Source: Candidatus Saccharibacteria bacterium UBA6824
Lineage (GTDB): Bacteria; Patescibacteriota; Saccharimonadia; Saccharimonadales; UBA10212
DNA length: 48,739 nucleotides
Direction of reading: 5' to 3'
Assembly (NCBI GenBank): GCA_002452155.1
Contig: DKEK01000004.1
Span: forward strand, 18,336 to 67,074
Shown here piece by piece: positions 47,328-48,739 of this stretch (positions within the stretch are counted from its first letter, which is position 1; every line of letters begins with the position of its first letter). A model generated the notes under the pieces. That model made no database searches, was not told the DNA's origin, and worked only from the letters and a program-made list of their open reading frames with translations. The translations under genes were made by a program, and so were the position numbers.

Positions 47328-48739
47328 CTAGTCTCTTTTAAGTAGCACGCTAAATGCCTCTGATGGAATATCAACTTTGCCGAAGCGCTTTAGGCGCTGC
47401 TTACCCTTCTTTTGCTTGGCCAGGACCTTCTTTTTGCGACTGACGTCACCGCCGTACAGACCGGTAGTGACGTCTTTGCGATAGGCGCTAATGTCCTGGC
47501 GAGCGATAAATTTACCACCGACACCCGCCTGCAAACTGACTTTGAATTGCTGGCGCGGGATAGCGTCTTTGAGTTTTTCAACCGCCCGCCGGCCAATGCG
47601 TTCGGCCTCGCTTTTGTGGACCATAACGCTGAGGGCGTCGACTCTCTCGCCGGCAACGTAAAAATCAAGCCGGACCAGGTCGCCGGCACGGTAATCGGCT
47701 AGCTCGTAACTAAATGATCCGTAGCCGGATGTGGTGCTTTTTAGCTGGTCGTAAAAATCGGTAATCAGATTTGCCAGCGGCGCTTCAAAGTCAATAACGG
47801 CCAGCCTCGCATCGACATAGTCTAGTTTTTTCTGCAGACCACGGGCACTGACGACCAACTGCAAAACTGCCCCGACGTAATCTACAGGAGCGACTATTTC
47901 GCCTTTGATCCACGGCTCGCGGATTTGCTCTACCTCGCTCATGTCCGGTAAATCGGCCGCCGATTTGATATCCAGTTCCTGGCCATTGGTCAACCGGACT
48001 TCATAATCGGTTGATGGATTAGTGACAATTAGGTCCAGGTCATATTCGCGCCGCAGCCGCTCGCGGACAATGTCCATATGCAGCAGTCCCAAAAACCCCA
48101 GGCGCAGGCCAAAGCCCAGCACCGGCGAATTTTCTGGTGTGAACCGCAACGAAGAGTCGCTTAAGTTTAGCTTTTCGACCGCATCCTTGAGCGCTTGGTA
48201 GTCTTCATTGCTGGTCGGGAAAAAGCCGGCATAAACAAATGGATGGATATCTTTATAGCCCTCCAGGGCCTGATCTGAAGGATCTTTGGTAAGTGTAATC
48301 GTATCGCCAACGCGGCCGGCATGGGCACTTTTAAGGTTAGTGACAATGTAGCCGATTTCGCCGGCTCTTAAGCTAGGGGATGATTTCATTTCCGGATTTA
48401 GGTATCCCACGTCCAGCGCCTGCCCTCCGGCTTTAGTGGCCATCATCTTCATTGAATCGTTCTTTTTGACGGCTCCATCAACCACCCGGATATATAAAAC
48501 TACCCCTTTATAATCATCGTAGTAGCTATCGAAAATTAGAGCCCGGGTTGATGCTTCAGCTTTACCGGGTGGTGGCGGTACATCTGAAACAACCCTTTTT
48601 AGGACCTGATCTACACCCTGCCCAGTTTTGGCGCTGATGAGTAATATGTCTTCCTTTTTACAGCCGAGCAGCTTAATTACTTCTTGGCCGACCCGCTCGA
48701 TATCGGCCGCCGGCAAGTCGATTTTATTTAGTACCGGAA
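47328..48739 (-). CDS. lepA: Elongation factor 4 LepA (5' end outside window)
   Basis: NKID, SAKTG, GFLGLLHMDI..ERL.REY, RKDV...LYGGD.SRKKK.L.KQKKGK. Confidence 0.97.
   Translation of the reverse strand, partial: PVLNKIDLPAADIERVGQEVIKLLGCKKEDILLISAKTGQGVDQVLKRVVSDVPPPPGKAEASTRALIFDSYYDDYKGVVLYIRVVDGAVKKNDSMKMMATKAGGQALDVGYLNPEMKSSPSLRAGEIGYIVTNLKSAHAGRVGDTITLTKDPSDQALEGYKDIHPFVYAGFFPTSNEDYQALKDAVEKLNLSDSSLRFTPENSPVLGFGLRLGFLGLLHMDIVRERLRREYDLDLIVTNPSTDYEVRLTNGQELDIKSAADLPDMSEVEQIREPWIKGEIVAPVDYVGAVLQLVVSARGLQKKLDYVDARLAVIDFEAPLANLITDFYDQLKSTTSGYGSFSYELADYRAGDLVRLDFYVAGERVDALSVMVHKSEAERIGRRAVEKLKDAIPRQQFKVSLQAGVGGKFIARQDISAYRKDVTTGLYGGDVSRKKKVLAKQKKGKQRLKRFGKVDIPSEAFSVLLKRD

Overview
Bacterial chromosomal segment, most likely from a Patescibacteria/CPR (Saccharimonadia-like) genome. 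This is inferred from a short HrcA and TsaB, a ComEC without its C-terminal nuclease domain, a compact pilB-pilC-pilins-pilMNO cluster, and an N-terminal RLPTPG-DDGTWG protein motif. It carries housekeeping genes (rny, tsaB/E, recA/recX, ruvABC, ftsH, tilS, gdh, dus, pcm, yebC, comEC, hrcA-grpE-dnaK-dnaJ with two CIRCE operators, two guanylate-kinase-like genes, partial lepA), a type IV pilus locus, five tRNAs (Pro-TGG, three CAT, Lys-TTT), and an accessory block after tRNA-Lys (phosphotransferase, class F sortase with an LPNTG ice-binding-domain protein, RimK with a RimK-associated protease, methyltransferase, GATase, GGDEF). The most unusual signal is non-coding: several families of short palindromic elements. 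(1) CCC...GGG-ended MITE-like units with apparent 4-bp target duplications land at gene starts and ends; one sits in frame at a prepilin G|F site and rebuilds it. (2) 20-22 bp palindromes lie in frame inside Dus. (3) A 113-nt covarying structured element abuts the CCA of two different tRNAs. (4) A palindromic motif CTTRAC-YT-GTTAAGTA recurs inside and outside genes. Many genes also appear leaderless, and the initiator tRNA is non-canonical. No transposase, integrase or CRISPR array was seen. All alignments and counts were done by eye.
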